Assembly (NCBI GenBank): GCA_028282585.1
Contig: JANQHR010000010.1
Location: forward strand, 1 to 35,106
DNA: 35,106 nt
Reading direction: 5' to 3'
DNA from: Bacteroidales bacterium
GTDB taxonomy: Bacteria; Bacteroidota; Bacteroidia; Bacteroidales; UBA12077
Position numbers and translations under genes: made by a program. The first letter of the stretch is position 1. Every line of letters starts with the position of its first letter. The notes beneath the pieces are model-generated. The model was not told the origin of the DNA. It saw nothing but the letters and a program-made list of their open reading frames with translations, and did no database searches. Positions 12,067-21,155 of this stretch are shown piece by piece.

Positions 12067-12612
12067 TTACTCTTTTTCTACCTGCATGAAACTTAATTCC
12101 AGTGGAGTTTTTCTACCGAAAATCTTTACCATTACTTTAAGTTTCTTCTTCTCTTCGTTTACTTCTTCAATGATTCCGTTGAAACTATTAAACGGACCAT
12201 CGATCACTTTTACTGTTTCACCAACATAGAACGGAACATTTATTTCCTCATCGCTTTCAGCAAGTTCATCGACTTTACCAAGTATGCGATTCGCCTCGGA
12301 TTGCCTCAATGGTGTTGGATTATCGCCTTCAGACTCAAGGAAGCCTATTACATTTGGAATATTTTTCAGGATATGCGTAATTTCCCCAACCAAAGCTGCC
12401 TCAATAAGAACGTAACCAGGGAAAAAATTTCTTTCTTTACTTATTTTTTTCCCATTCCTAATTTGGTAAACTTTTTCAGTTGGAATTAATACCTGAGAAA
12501 TAAACTCTTGTAAGTTGAGTCTCGAAATTTCGCTCTCTATGTATTCCTTAACACGCTTTTCTTTACCACCAATAGCACGGAGAACATACCACTTCTTTTC
12601 CACATCAGCCAT
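12067..12612 (-). CDS. nusG: Transcription termination/antitermination factor NusG
   Basis: FFPGYVL NGN motif; KOW GETVKVIDGPF; IFGRKTPLEL. Confidence 0.97.
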   Translation of the reverse strand: MADVEKKWYVLRAIGGKEKRVKEYIESEISRLNLQEFISQVLIPTEKVYQIRNGKKISKERNFFPGYVLIEAALVGEITHILKNIPNVIGFLESEGDNPTPLRQSEANRILGKVDELAESDEEINVPFYVGETVKVIDGPFNSFNGIIEEVNEEKKKLKVMVKIFGRKTPLELSFMQVEKE

Positions 12613-12626
12613 TTTCCGCTCCTCTA

Positions 12627-12818
12627 TTAATAAAACATACTATAAATCAAGTCCATTAAATTTTGGAAGCTATAATCCATTACAAAAATAATTAATGCAA
12701 TGATTAAGGAAGCAATCATAACAACAACTGCACTATTTTGTAACTCAGACCAAGTTGGCCAAGATACTTTGTGAATTAGTTCGTTAAATGCTTCTTGAAA
12801 GTATAATTTAATTTTCAT
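12627..12818 (-). CDS. secE: Preprotein translocase subunit SecE
   Basis: ELIHKVSWPT motif plus a single TM helix; upstream of nusG. Confidence 0.95.
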   Translation of the reverse strand: MKIKLYFQEAFNELIHKVSWPTWSELQNSAVVVMIASLIIALIIFVMDYSFQNLMDLIYSMFY

Positions 12819-12836
12819 GATTTCATTTTAAATTAG

Positions 12837-12909
12837 CACGGGTGGTAAGATTCGAACTCACGACCTTTGGTTTTGGAGACCACTGCTCTACCAGCTGAGC
12901 TACACCCGT
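12837..12909 (-). tRNA. tRNA-Trp (CCA)
   Basis: ACGGGTG/CACCCGT acceptor stem, anticodon loop CT-CCA-AA, GTTCGAATC T loop; 3' CCA not encoded. Confidence 0.95.
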
Positions 12910-12913
12910 ATAA

Positions 12914-12939
12914 TGTGATTCGGAAAAATCCGAATCACA
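12914..12939. other. Perfect 11-bp hairpin between tuf and tRNA-Trp
   Basis: TGTGATTCGGA-AAAA-TCCGAATCACA; no U tract on the minus strand. Confidence 0.6.
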
Positions 12940-12959
12940 GATTTATTGAATGATAATAA

Positions 12960-14147
12960 TTATTCAACAATTTCAGTAACCTGACCAGCACCTACAGTTC
13001 TACCTCCTTCGCGAATAGCAAAACGTAAACCTTGGTTAATAGCTACCGGAGTAATTAATTCAACAGTAATACTTACGTTATCACCAGGCATTACCATTTC
13101 TGTTCCTTCTGGTAAATGAATTTCACCTGTTACGTCAAGAGTTCTTAAATAGAACTGAGGACGATATTTATTATGGAACGGGGTGTGACGACCACCTTCT
13201 TCTTTTTTCAAGATATAAACCTCAGCTTTAAATTTAGTATGAGGAGTAATTGAACCAGGCTTAGAAAGAACCATACCTCTTTTGATTTCATTCTTATCAA
13301 CACCTCGCAATAACAAACCTACGTTATCACCAGCTTGTCCTGTATCAAGAATCTTACGGAACATTTCAACTCCAGTACAAACTGTCTTACGACCTTCAGC
13401 ACCTAAACCAATCATAGCTAATTCTTCGCCAGTATTTACAACACCTGTTTCAATTCTACCAGTAGCAACTGTACCACGTCCTGTAATTGAGAATACATCT
13501 TCAACAGGCATTAGGAATGGCTTTTCGTTATCTCTAGGTGGTACCGGAATATACTCATCCACAGAATTCATTAATTCCATAATCTTTTCAACCCACTTTT
13601 CTTCTCCATTTAGTCCTCCTAAAGCAGAACCATGAACAACAGGAACGTTATCACCATCGAATTCGTAGAAATCAAGTAGTTCACGTACTTCCATTTCAAC
13701 CAATTCTAATAATTCTGGATCATCAACTAAGTCAACTTTATTCAAGAAAACAACTATTTTAGGTACATTTACCTGACGAGCTAAAAGGATGTGCTCTCTA
13801 GTTTGTGGCATTGGTCCATCAGTACCAGCAACAACAAGAATAGCTCCGTCCATCTGAGCAGCACCAGTTACCATATTCTTTACATAGTCGGCGTGACCTG
13901 GACAGTCAACGTGAGCATAGTGACGATTTTCTGTCTGATACTCAACGTGAGCAGAGTTAATAGTAATACCTCTTTCTTTTTCTTCTGGAGCGTTGTCAAT
14001 AGAATCAAAATCTCTTACTTCCGACAATCCCTTTTCAGCTAAAACCTTAGTGATTGCTGCAGTAAGAGTTGTTTTACCATGGTCAACGTGTCCAATAGTA
14101 CCAATATTAACGTGCACTTTCGACCTATCAAATTTTTCTTTAGCCAT
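12960..14147 (-). CDS. tuf: Elongation factor Tu
   Basis: [38 protein letters not shown]. Confidence 0.99.
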   Translation of the reverse strand: MAKEKFDRSKVHVNIGTIGHVDHGKTTLTAAITKVLAEKGLSEVRDFDSIDNAPEEKERGITINSAHVEYQTENRHYAHVDCPGHADYVKNMVTGAAQMDGAILVVAGTDGPMPQTREHILLARQVNVPKIVVFLNKVDLVDDPELLELVEMEVRELLDFYEFDGDNVPVVHGSALGGLNGEEKWVEKIMELMNSVDEYIPVPPRDNEKPFLMPVEDVFSITGRGTVATGRIETGVVNTGEELAMIGLGAEGRKTVCTGVEMFRKILDTGQAGDNVGLLLRGVDKNEIKRGMVLSKPGSITPHTKFKAEVYILKKEEGGRHTPFHNKYRPQFYLRTLDVTGEIHLPEGTEMVMPGDNVSITVELITPVAINQGLRFAIREGGRTVGAGQVTEIVE

Positions 14148-14210
14148 AACTCTAAATGTTAGATAATTAGATAATTTATAATAATAATATTCATTTATAT
14201 TTTAAACTTG

Positions 14211-14282
14211 AGCCAATGACGGGAATTGAACCCGTGACCTCTTCCTTACCAAGGAAGCGCTCTACCCCTGAGCTACATCGGC
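14211..14282 (-). tRNA. tRNA-Thr (GGT)
   Basis: GCCGATG/CATTGGC acceptor stem; CTTCC-TT-GGT-AA-GGAAG anticodon arm. Confidence 0.95.
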
Positions 14283-14291
14283 AAGGATTAG

Positions 14292-14364
14292 AGCGGGAGA
14301 CGGAACTCGAATCCGCGACCCTTAGCTTGGAAGGCTAATGCTCTACCAACTGAGCTACTCCCGC
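14292..14364 (-). tRNA. tRNA-Gly (TCC)
   Basis: GCGGGAG/CTCCCGC acceptor stem; TTAGC-CT-TCC-AA-GCTAA anticodon arm. Confidence 0.95.
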
Positions 14365-14374
14365 ATTGTTTTTG

Positions 14375-14457
14375 TGGGGAGAGCAGGATTCGAACCTACG
14401 AAGGCGTGCGCCAGCAGATTTACAGTCTGCCCCAGTTGGCCACTTTGGTATCTCCCC
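14375..14457 (-). tRNA. tRNA-Tyr (GTA)
   Basis: GGGGAGA 5' end; GCAGA-CT-GTA-AA-TCTGC anticodon arm; long variable arm. Confidence 0.95.
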
Positions 14458-14477
14458 AACATATTTTCAATACATTG

Positions 14478-14551
14478 AGCCGATGGGCGGATTCGAACCG
14501 TCGACCTGCTGATTACAAATCAGCTGCTCTGACCAACTGAGCTACATCGGC
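14478..14551 (-). tRNA. tRNA-Thr (TGT)
   Basis: GCCGATG/CATCGGC acceptor stem; GCTGA-TT-TGT-AA-TCAGC anticodon arm. Confidence 0.95.
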
Positions 14552-14599
14552 AATATAAAAGAACACCGATTTTAGAAATAATTTTCCAAAATCGGATCG

Positions 14600-14631
14600 C
14601 AAATGTATGAATATTTTATTTTAAACACAAA
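14600..14631 (-). promoter_or_regulatory. Bacteroidota primary-sigma promoter of the tRNA-tuf operon
   Basis: TTTG (14628-14631) + 20 nt + TACATTTG (14600-14607), matching -33 TTTG / -7 TAnnTTTG. Confidence 0.75.
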
Positions 14632-14667
14632 AAAAACAGTGTAATTTTCATGTTTTTAGCGTTTTTT

Positions 14668-14967
14668 TTAAACACCCCTTTGTTTTTCTTTATGTTTAGT
14701 TAATTGACGTTTTATTGCATCAATACAATTATCAATTGATTCTTCGAAACTTTTGGTCTTTTTCTTAGCAAAAATATCATTTCCAGGAATATCTAATCTT
14801 ATCTCAGCTAATTTATTTTCTGTGCTTTGATCTTTTTCAATACGAAGAAAAACTTCAGCACCAATTATATTATCATAAAACTGGATTAGTTTCTTCACCT
14901 TGTTATTAATAAAATCGATTAATTTTTTGTCTGCATCAAAGCGAATTGAATGAATTTTAATGTCCAT
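14668..14967 (-). CDS. hpf: Ribosome hibernation factor HPF/RaiA
   Basis: 99 aa; IHSIRFDADKKL...ENKLAEIRLDIPGNDIFAKK...SFEESID...KRQLTKHKEK; conserved position after xerC. Confidence 0.9.
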   Translation of the reverse strand: MDIKIHSIRFDADKKLIDFINNKVKKLIQFYDNIIGAEVFLRIEKDQSTENKLAEIRLDIPGNDIFAKKKTKSFEESIDNCIDAIKRQLTKHKEKQRGV

Positions 14968-14985
14968 AGTAACTCCTCCATTATT

Positions 14986-15870
14986 TTATGCTCTAGGGTG
15001 AGCTTGTTTGTAAATAGTTTTTAATTTCTCAAATGTATTATGCGTATATACTTGGGTTGCAGCAAGATTTGCATGACCAAGTAATTCTTTTATCGCATTT
15101 AAGTCTGCCCCACGATTTAATAAATGTGTGGCAAAAGTATGTCTTAATATATGTGGACTCTTTTTTTCTATTGTAGTAACCATATTTAAATACCGATTCA
15201 CTATACGGTATACAAATTTTTCATATAACTTGTTTCCTTTATCGGTCACAAAAAAATAATCGTGATCTAATTGTACAAATTCTTTATCTCGCGATTCAAT
15301 ATAAAATACCAATGAATTTATAAATGATGGATGTATTGGCAATATTCTCTCCTTATTTCTTTTCCCTAAAACTTTTAAGGTACCTTTTTTAATATCAAAA
15401 TCAATATTTCTTAGATTAATTAATTCTGACAATCGCATTCCCGTATTATAAAACATTTCTACGATTGTTTTATTTCTAACACCTCGAAAATCATTGCCAA
15501 ATGAATAATCGTCCAATAAATTACTAATTTGTTTTTCTTCTACGAATGCGGGAAGTTTTTTAGAATTTTTAGGTGTAATGACCTTATCCATCGGATTGGT
15601 TTTGGTATGTCCCTCCCTAAGTAAAAACTTAAAAAACGTTTTAAGAGTAGATATTTTTCGATTTATCGATAAAGTAGAAAAATCTTTTTCCATCAAACTT
15701 ACGATCCAAGCCCTTACTATTTTTTCGTTGACCAAATGAAGCTCTATTTCTTTAAACTCCATTTCAATAAAATCAGAAAACTGATTCAAATCATTCTCAT
15801 ATGATTTGATTGTATTTTCTGAAAAACGTTTCTCGAATCGTAAATATTTTAGAAAAAGATCTTTATACAT
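14986..15870 (-). CDS. xerC: Tyrosine recombinase XerC-like
   Basis: TGMRLSEL, KVLGKRNKER, SPHILRHTFATHLLNRGADL, LGH...TQVY catalytic residues; N-terminal SAM-like domain. Confidence 0.88.
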   Translation of the reverse strand: MYKDLFLKYLRFEKRFSENTIKSYENDLNQFSDFIEMEFKEIELHLVNEKIVRAWIVSLMEKDFSTLSINRKISTLKTFFKFLLREGHTKTNPMDKVITPKNSKKLPAFVEEKQISNLLDDYSFGNDFRGVRNKTIVEMFYNTGMRLSELINLRNIDFDIKKGTLKVLGKRNKERILPIHPSFINSLVFYIESRDKEFVQLDHDYFFVTDKGNKLYEKFVYRIVNRYLNMVTTIEKKSPHILRHTFATHLLNRGADLNAIKELLGHANLAATQVYTHNTFEKLKTIYKQAHPRA

Positions 15871-15937
15871 ACAGGGTAAATTAAGATTAGAAGTAATTTA
15901 AATACCAATTTGGTACGTAATACTCACCCTATATATA

Positions 15938-16129
15938 CTATTCCTCCTTTTGTTGCATTTGCTGAACGTAGATAGCTTTTTTCTTCTGTTCTCTCTTCTT
16001 AACAGATGGCTTAGTAAAAGCTTGTCTTTCTCTTAATTCTTTCACAACACCTGTTTTCTCGAACTTTCTTTTAAATTTCTTTAAAGCTCTCTCGATATTT
16101 TCACCTTCTTTTAATGGTACTACTATCAT
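15938..16129 (-). CDS. rpsU: 30S ribosomal protein bS21
   Basis: ENIERALKKFKRK...ELRERQAFTKPSVKKR. Confidence 0.96.
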   Translation of the reverse strand: MIVVPLKEGENIERALKKFKRKFEKTGVVKELRERQAFTKPSVKKREQKKKAIYVQQMQQKEE

Positions 16130-16161
16130 AATTAAATCACTTTTTTTAAAAAATTGAGCCG

Positions 16162-16193
16162 CAAAAATATTAATTTATAATACACTTTTCAAA
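16162..16193 (-). promoter_or_regulatory. Promoter of rpsU-xerC-hpf
   Basis: TTTG (16190-16193) + 20 nt + TATTTTTG (16162-16169). Confidence 0.65.
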
Positions 16194-16344
16194 AATTATT
16201 CCTTAAAAAATATAAAAAAAATAACTTTTGATAGAATAATACAAAACCAAACCTCCATAACTATTATTCAATCAACAATATACATTAACTAAATCGTAGT
16301 AAATAAATATACGATAATTTTATCCAAATATCAAAATTATGCAT

Positions 16345-17262
16345 CTAATTTAGTTTAAGGTATGGTTTCAACCTAAAATACTCCTCCTTAGTTAAAAGCT
16401 TATTTAGATAAACATCTTCAATTTTAGAAAATTCTCCAATCAATTCTCTATACTTTAATATTGATTCTGTTTGGTATTTATTTAAGTATGGATGTTTTAT
16501 GAATTGACTAAAATCCGATTTATTTAAACTAAGCTTCTCCACAAAGCTTGTATCAACCTTTATATTATGCTTTATAGATTCAAATTTTACTGAATCCAAA
16601 CCATATACTTCTTTTAATTGTTGCTTATGAGAATATCCACCTAGTTTATTTCTATATTTTATTATTCTTTTAGAATAGGTTTCACCAATCCCTCTTAATT
16701 TTATTAAATCATCTTTTGTAGCAGAATTAATGTCTATTAATACTTTTTCCACTATTTTTTCCGAATTTTTAAAATCAATTTTCTCTTTACTTCTTATAAC
16801 TATGTATGATTCAAGTATAGCATACTGTTCTTGTTCTATACCATAAACGTTAAGTAAATCTTCCTTTTTATAAAATCTGCCTCCTTTTTCGCGATAATTA
16901 ACAAAAGTGTTTATTTGCTTTTGAGAGAAACCTAATTCTTTTAATTGACCTCTTGTTATTTGATTTGGATCAAAATTAAAAAGTTGTTTTGGTTGTGTCC
17001 AACTTTCATTAGTCTTAATCAGATTTATATCTTTACTTTTTTTATTTTCCCGGTGAGTTTCTTCTACGGGTATAAAAGAATTTTGAAACTCTTCTATTTC
17101 CTTCTGAAATTCCTCATCCATTAAAATTATTTCGCCATATGTTAAATTAGCTTGGTAAATTCTTAAAACTACCAACACTAATAAAATAAGAAGAAGCACA
17201 ATTATGCCGTTGCGCTCCCCTTTAGTAAAAGTAAAATACTCTTTAAATCTTTTTTTCAGCAT
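16345..17262 (-). CDS. ComEA-like helix-hairpin-helix DNA-binding membrane protein
   Basis: N-terminal TM after FTKGERNG; FDPN motif; IDINSAT..L..LRGIGETYSKRIIKYR HhH motif. Confidence 0.85.
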   Translation of the reverse strand: MLKKRFKEYFTFTKGERNGIIVLLLILLVLVVLRIYQANLTYGEIILMDEEFQKEIEEFQNSFIPVEETHRENKKSKDINLIKTNESWTQPKQLFNFDPNQITRGQLKELGFSQKQINTFVNYREKGGRFYKKEDLLNVYGIEQEQYAILESYIVIRSKEKIDFKNSEKIVEKVLIDINSATKDDLIKLRGIGETYSKRIIKYRNKLGGYSHKQQLKEVYGLDSVKFESIKHNIKVDTSFVEKLSLNKSDFSQFIKHPYLNKYQTESILKYRELIGEFSKIEDVYLNKLLTKEEYFRLKPYLKLN

Positions 17263-17265
17263 TCA

Positions 17266-18621
17266 TTATATTTTTATTATTCCAATACTATTTAAAAAGA
17301 CCAGTAAAATTGCTACCGGTGCAATAAATTTAATAATAAAAATAAATAGCCCAAAGAATTTCATTTTCAACGTACCTTGATTTGTCAACTCATCAGTAAT
17401 TAATTTTTTACCTAAGAACCAACCCAAGAAAATTACAATAAATAATGCTCCTACAGGCAATAAAATATTAGCAGAAACATAATCCAGCATATCGAAAATA
17501 GTTAAATCAAATAATTTTAAATTACTTAAATCACTAAAAGATAATGTAGCAATAATTCCGACCAACCAAATTGCAATTGCGCCTAAAACTGTTGCTTTTT
17601 TTCGTGACATTTTTAATTCTTCAGAAGCAAAGGCAACAACTACTTCCAATAAAGAAACTGTTGATGTTAAAGCGGCAACTGCTAATAAAATAAAAAATAC
17701 GATTGAGAATATATATCCACCAGGCATTTTCATAAATAACTCGGGCAATACCTGAAATACTAAACCAGGACCTGCCTGAGGATCCATTCCTAGTGCAAAA
17801 ACGGCTGGAAAAATCATGACACCGGCAAGCAAAGCAATTAAAGTATCAGCTATTGATACCTGAAATGCTGTCTGAGGTAAGTTATTATCTTTTCTTATGT
17901 AACTTCCGTAAGTTATTAAAGCTCCCATACCTATACTAAGAGAAAACGCAGCTTGGCCCAGTGCTTCTAATACAACACCCCAGGTAATTTTCGAGAAATC
18001 CGGTTTAAATAAGAATTCTAACCCTTTTGAAGCACCATCAAGTGTAAGCGCTCGTATACACATCAATAAAATTAAAACAAATAATATGGGCATTAAAATC
18101 TTTGTGTATTTTTCTATACCATTTTTAACACCAGAGAAAACAATCCACCCAGTTAAAAGCATGAAAACAAATTGCCACATCAATGGCTTGAATGTAGATG
18201 TTTTGAAGCTTTCAAAAATTAACGTGGTATCCTGCCCTTTAAATCCATTTGAAATTGCTTTAATAACGTACTCTAAAGTCCATCCTGCAATAGTACTATA
18301 AAATGCAAGAATAAAAAAGGCAGCTACAAGCCCCATAATACCTATAACAAACCAAGGTTTTCCTGGTGCAAGCATTTTGAAAGCACCAAATGTATTTTTT
18401 TGAGCTCTTCGTCCAATTACAAATTCAGATAACATTACTGGAACTCCGATAACGAAAATAAATGCCAAATAGATTAAAACAAAGGCTCCGCCTCCACTTT
18501 CTCCCGCAACATAAGGAAATCGCCAAATATTTCCTAATCCTACTGCAGAACCTGCCGTTGCAGCAATTACACCAAATTTACTTCCAAAACTATCTCTATT
18601 TGAAAAATCTACGTTTGCCAT
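17266..18621 (-). CDS. Sodium-dependent transporter, NSS/SNF (LeuT-like) family
   Basis: AGSAVGLGNIWRFPY, GGGAF, GQAAFSLSIG, GPGLVF. Confidence 0.93.
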   Translation of the reverse strand: MANVDFSNRDSFGSKFGVIAATAGSAVGLGNIWRFPYVAGESGGGAFVLIYLAFIFVIGVPVMLSEFVIGRRAQKNTFGAFKMLAPGKPWFVIGIMGLVAAFFILAFYSTIAGWTLEYVIKAISNGFKGQDTTLIFESFKTSTFKPLMWQFVFMLLTGWIVFSGVKNGIEKYTKILMPILFVLILLMCIRALTLDGASKGLEFLFKPDFSKITWGVVLEALGQAAFSLSIGMGALITYGSYIRKDNNLPQTAFQVSIADTLIALLAGVMIFPAVFALGMDPQAGPGLVFQVLPELFMKMPGGYIFSIVFFILLAVAALTSTVSLLEVVVAFASEELKMSRKKATVLGAIAIWLVGIIATLSFSDLSNLKLFDLTIFDMLDYVSANILLPVGALFIVIFLGWFLGKKLITDELTNQGTLKMKFFGLFIFIIKFIAPVAILLVFLNSIGIIKI

Positions 18622-18696
18622 TTTTTATCATATTAAATTTCAAGAAAAAGCAATTTTACAAAAATTGACTCTATTTGCAAAATATGGTTTAATCAG

Positions 18697-18733
18697 AAAA
18701 GCAAAAGCCGTCTGAACATTTCTAAAGACGGCT
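18697..18733 (-). terminator. Intrinsic terminator after fbaA
   Basis: AGCCGTCT/AGACGGCT stem followed by TTTGCTTTT on minus strand. Confidence 0.6.
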
Positions 18734-18757
18734 AATAAAATTTAGTAAGATATAATT

Positions 18758-19825
18758 TTAGTTTCTATTTTCTGCATTTAAATCTTTATAAGCTTCAACT
18801 AATCTTTTAATAAAACTCTTTTCTCCTTCTCTTAACCAAACTCTGGGGTCGTAATATTTTTTATTCGGTCCATCAGGATCTTTTGGATTTCCAATTTGAC
18901 CTTGAAGAAATCCTTGATTTTCGTTGTAATAATCTAAAATTCCTTTCCACATAGACCATTGCAAATCAGTATCAATATTCATTTTTATTGCTCCATAACT
19001 AATGGCCTCTGCAATTTTTTCTTTCTCAGACCCTGATCCTCCATGAAATACAAAACTTACAGGTTTTTCTTTTGTATTAAATTTCTTTTGTATTAGTTCC
19101 TGTGAGTTCTTTAAAATCTCAGGGCTTAAAACAACATTACCAGGTTTGTAAACCCCATGAACATTCCCGAATGATGCTGCTATTGTAAAATTAGGACTTA
19201 TCTTCATTAAATTTTCATATGAATATGCTACTTCTTCCGGTTGGGTATATAATTTTGAAGCATCTACATTTGTATTATCAACACCATCTTCTTCTCCTCC
19301 GGTTACTCCTAATTCAATCTCCAGTGTCATACCCAATTCGCGTATTTTCTTTAAAAATGATGCAGAAATTTCTATATTTTCTTCTAATGATTCTTCGCTT
19401 AAATCCAACATATGCGAACTAAAAAGAGGTTGCTTATTTTTCTTATGATATTCAAAACCTGCTTCAACTAAACCTTCTACCCATGGGATGAGTTTCTTTG
19501 CGCAATGATCTGTATGAAGAACAACTGGGACATCATAGTATTTTGCTAAATTATGTACATGATGTGCACCGGATATTGCACCTGCAATACTAGCTTTTTG
19601 ATTCTCGTTTGATAGCCCTTTCCCTGCAACAAAAGCAGCTCCACTATTTGAAAATTGTATTATAACTGGTGAATTAACCTCACGAGCGGTTTCTAATACT
19701 GCGTTTATTGAATTAGTCCCAATAACATTAACAGCCGGAAGTGCAAATTGCTTTTCTTTAGCATATTCAAACAGATAATTTAATTCCTCTCCAAATAATA
19801 CTCCTGATCTAAATTTCTTTGTCAT
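18758..19825 (-). CDS. fbaA: Fructose-bisphosphate aldolase class II (type A)
   Basis: LHTDHC, FSSHMLDLSEE, GGEEDG, FGNVHGVYKPG, VFHGGSG, KMNIDTD. Confidence 0.96.
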   Translation of the reverse strand: MTKKFRSGVLFGEELNYLFEYAKEKQFALPAVNVIGTNSINAVLETAREVNSPVIIQFSNSGAAFVAGKGLSNENQKASIAGAISGAHHVHNLAKYYDVPVVLHTDHCAKKLIPWVEGLVEAGFEYHKKNKQPLFSSHMLDLSEESLEENIEISASFLKKIRELGMTLEIELGVTGGEEDGVDNTNVDASKLYTQPEEVAYSYENLMKISPNFTIAASFGNVHGVYKPGNVVLSPEILKNSQELIQKKFNTKEKPVSFVFHGGSGSEKEKIAEAISYGAIKMNIDTDLQWSMWKGILDYYNENQGFLQGQIGNPKDPDGPNKKYYDPRVWLREGEKSFIKRLVEAYKDLNAENRN

Positions 19826-19887
19826 GTCTTAATCATTATTAAATTCAAAAATGAACTACTTAAGTTTAAAAATAACGTACGTAGAAT

Positions 19888-19925
19888 AAAAAAGCAGCCT
19901 CCCGATAGTTATCCGGATAGGCTGC
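19888..19925 (-). terminator. Intrinsic terminator after fbaB, enclosing a copy of the 18-bp palindrome
   Basis: GCAGCCT/AGGCTGC stem, T6 tract on minus strand; interior TCCCGATAGTTATCCGGA. Confidence 0.75.
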
Positions 19926-19948
19926 CTAAAAATATAAATTTAATTTTA

Positions 19949-21007
19949 TTAAGCAATATCAATTTCCTTTGCGAGATATACATTTTGAATTGCATTTAAC
20001 AACTCTACACCTTCTTTCATTGGACGTTGGAATGCTTTACGGCCTGAAATCAAGCCCATACCTCCTGCTCTCTTATTAACAACAGCGGTTAATACTGCTT
20101 CAGCTAAATCAGAAGCACCAGATGATGCACCGCCTGAATTGATTAATCCAAATCGTCCCATATAATTACTAACTACCTGATATCTTGTTAAGTCAATTGG
20201 GTGATCAGTAGTAAGCTCCGAATAAACTTTATCATTGGTTTTTGCAAAGCTTAATTCCTTAAATCCTCCATTACTAGTTGGGAGTTTTTGTTTAATAATG
20301 TCTGCTTGAATAGTTACTCCAAGGTGATTGGCCTGACCAGTTAGATCAGCTGCTGTATGATAATCAACTCCATCTTTTTTAAATGCTGAATTACGTGTAT
20401 AACACCAAAGTACGGTTGCCATTCCTAATTCATGTGCTCTTTCAAAAGCTTCCGCAACTTCTATTATTTGACGATTAGATTCTTCCGAACCAAAATATAT
20501 GGTTGCACCGACTGCTTTAGCTCCAAGATTCCATGCCTCCCCAACTGTGCCATACATTATTTGGTCAAACTTGTTTGGATATGTCATTAATTCATTGTGA
20601 TTTAACTTAACTATAAATGGAATCTTATGTGCATACTTCCTGGATACTGCCGCTAAAACTCCAAAAGTGGAAGCAACAGCATTACAACCCCCTTCAATTG
20701 CCAGTTTTACAATATTTTCAGCATCAAAATATATAGGATTTGGGGCAAAAGATGCTCCTGCCGTGTGCTCGATCCCTTGATCAACCGGGAGAATTGAAAG
20801 GTAACCTGTTCCGTTTAAACGGCCTGAATTAAACATTTGTTGCATTGAACTAATTACCTGAGGAGAACGATTTGTATGATAAAAAACCTCATCCAGATAA
20901 TTCGGACCAGGTAAATTCAATTGGTCTTTTCTTATGGTTTCTGACTTATGATTTAACAGGTACTCTGCCTTATCTGCTAGTAATTCAGTAATTTTAGTGT
21001 ATGACAT
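19949..21007 (-). CDS. fbaB: Fructose-bisphosphate aldolase class I (FbaB/DhnA type)
   Basis: [21 protein letters not shown] (Schiff-base Lys), [13 protein letters not shown]. Confidence 0.95.
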   Translation of the reverse strand: MSYTKITELLADKAEYLLNHKSETIRKDQLNLPGPNYLDEVFYHTNRSPQVISSMQQMFNSGRLNGTGYLSILPVDQGIEHTAGASFAPNPIYFDAENIVKLAIEGGCNAVASTFGVLAAVSRKYAHKIPFIVKLNHNELMTYPNKFDQIMYGTVGEAWNLGAKAVGATIYFGSEESNRQIIEVAEAFERAHELGMATVLWCYTRNSAFKKDGVDYHTAADLTGQANHLGVTIQADIIKQKLPTSNGGFKELSFAKTNDKVYSELTTDHPIDLTRYQVVSNYMGRFGLINSGGASSGASDLAEAVLTAVVNKRAGGMGLISGRKAFQRPMKEGVELLNAIQNVYLAKEIDIA

Positions 21008-21039
21008 ATGCTTTAAGATTTAATTTGAACCAGTACACA

Positions 21040-21047
21040 CAAATTTA
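21040..21047 (-). promoter_or_regulatory. -7 promoter element for fbaB
   Basis: TAAATTTG about 32 nt upstream of ATG. Confidence 0.5.
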
Positions 21048-21155
21048 ATAAATTAATTAAAAATTGCACTAATACAATATAAACAGATTATTAAATAATT
21101 GGGTAATTAAAAACTAACTATTATAAGGTTAGATACATTAAAGAGTTTATAGCTA

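Noticed and set aside
14211-15870. Tyrosine recombinase next to a tRNA cluster as a prophage/island integrase
   Set aside because: It is a ~294-aa XerC-type protein in the conserved rpsU-xerC-hpf order; no att duplication or cargo genes seen
16127-16150. Flavobacteria-type strong SD before rpsU
   Set aside because: Only GTGAT is complementary to the expected 16S tail; the GGAGG core is absent
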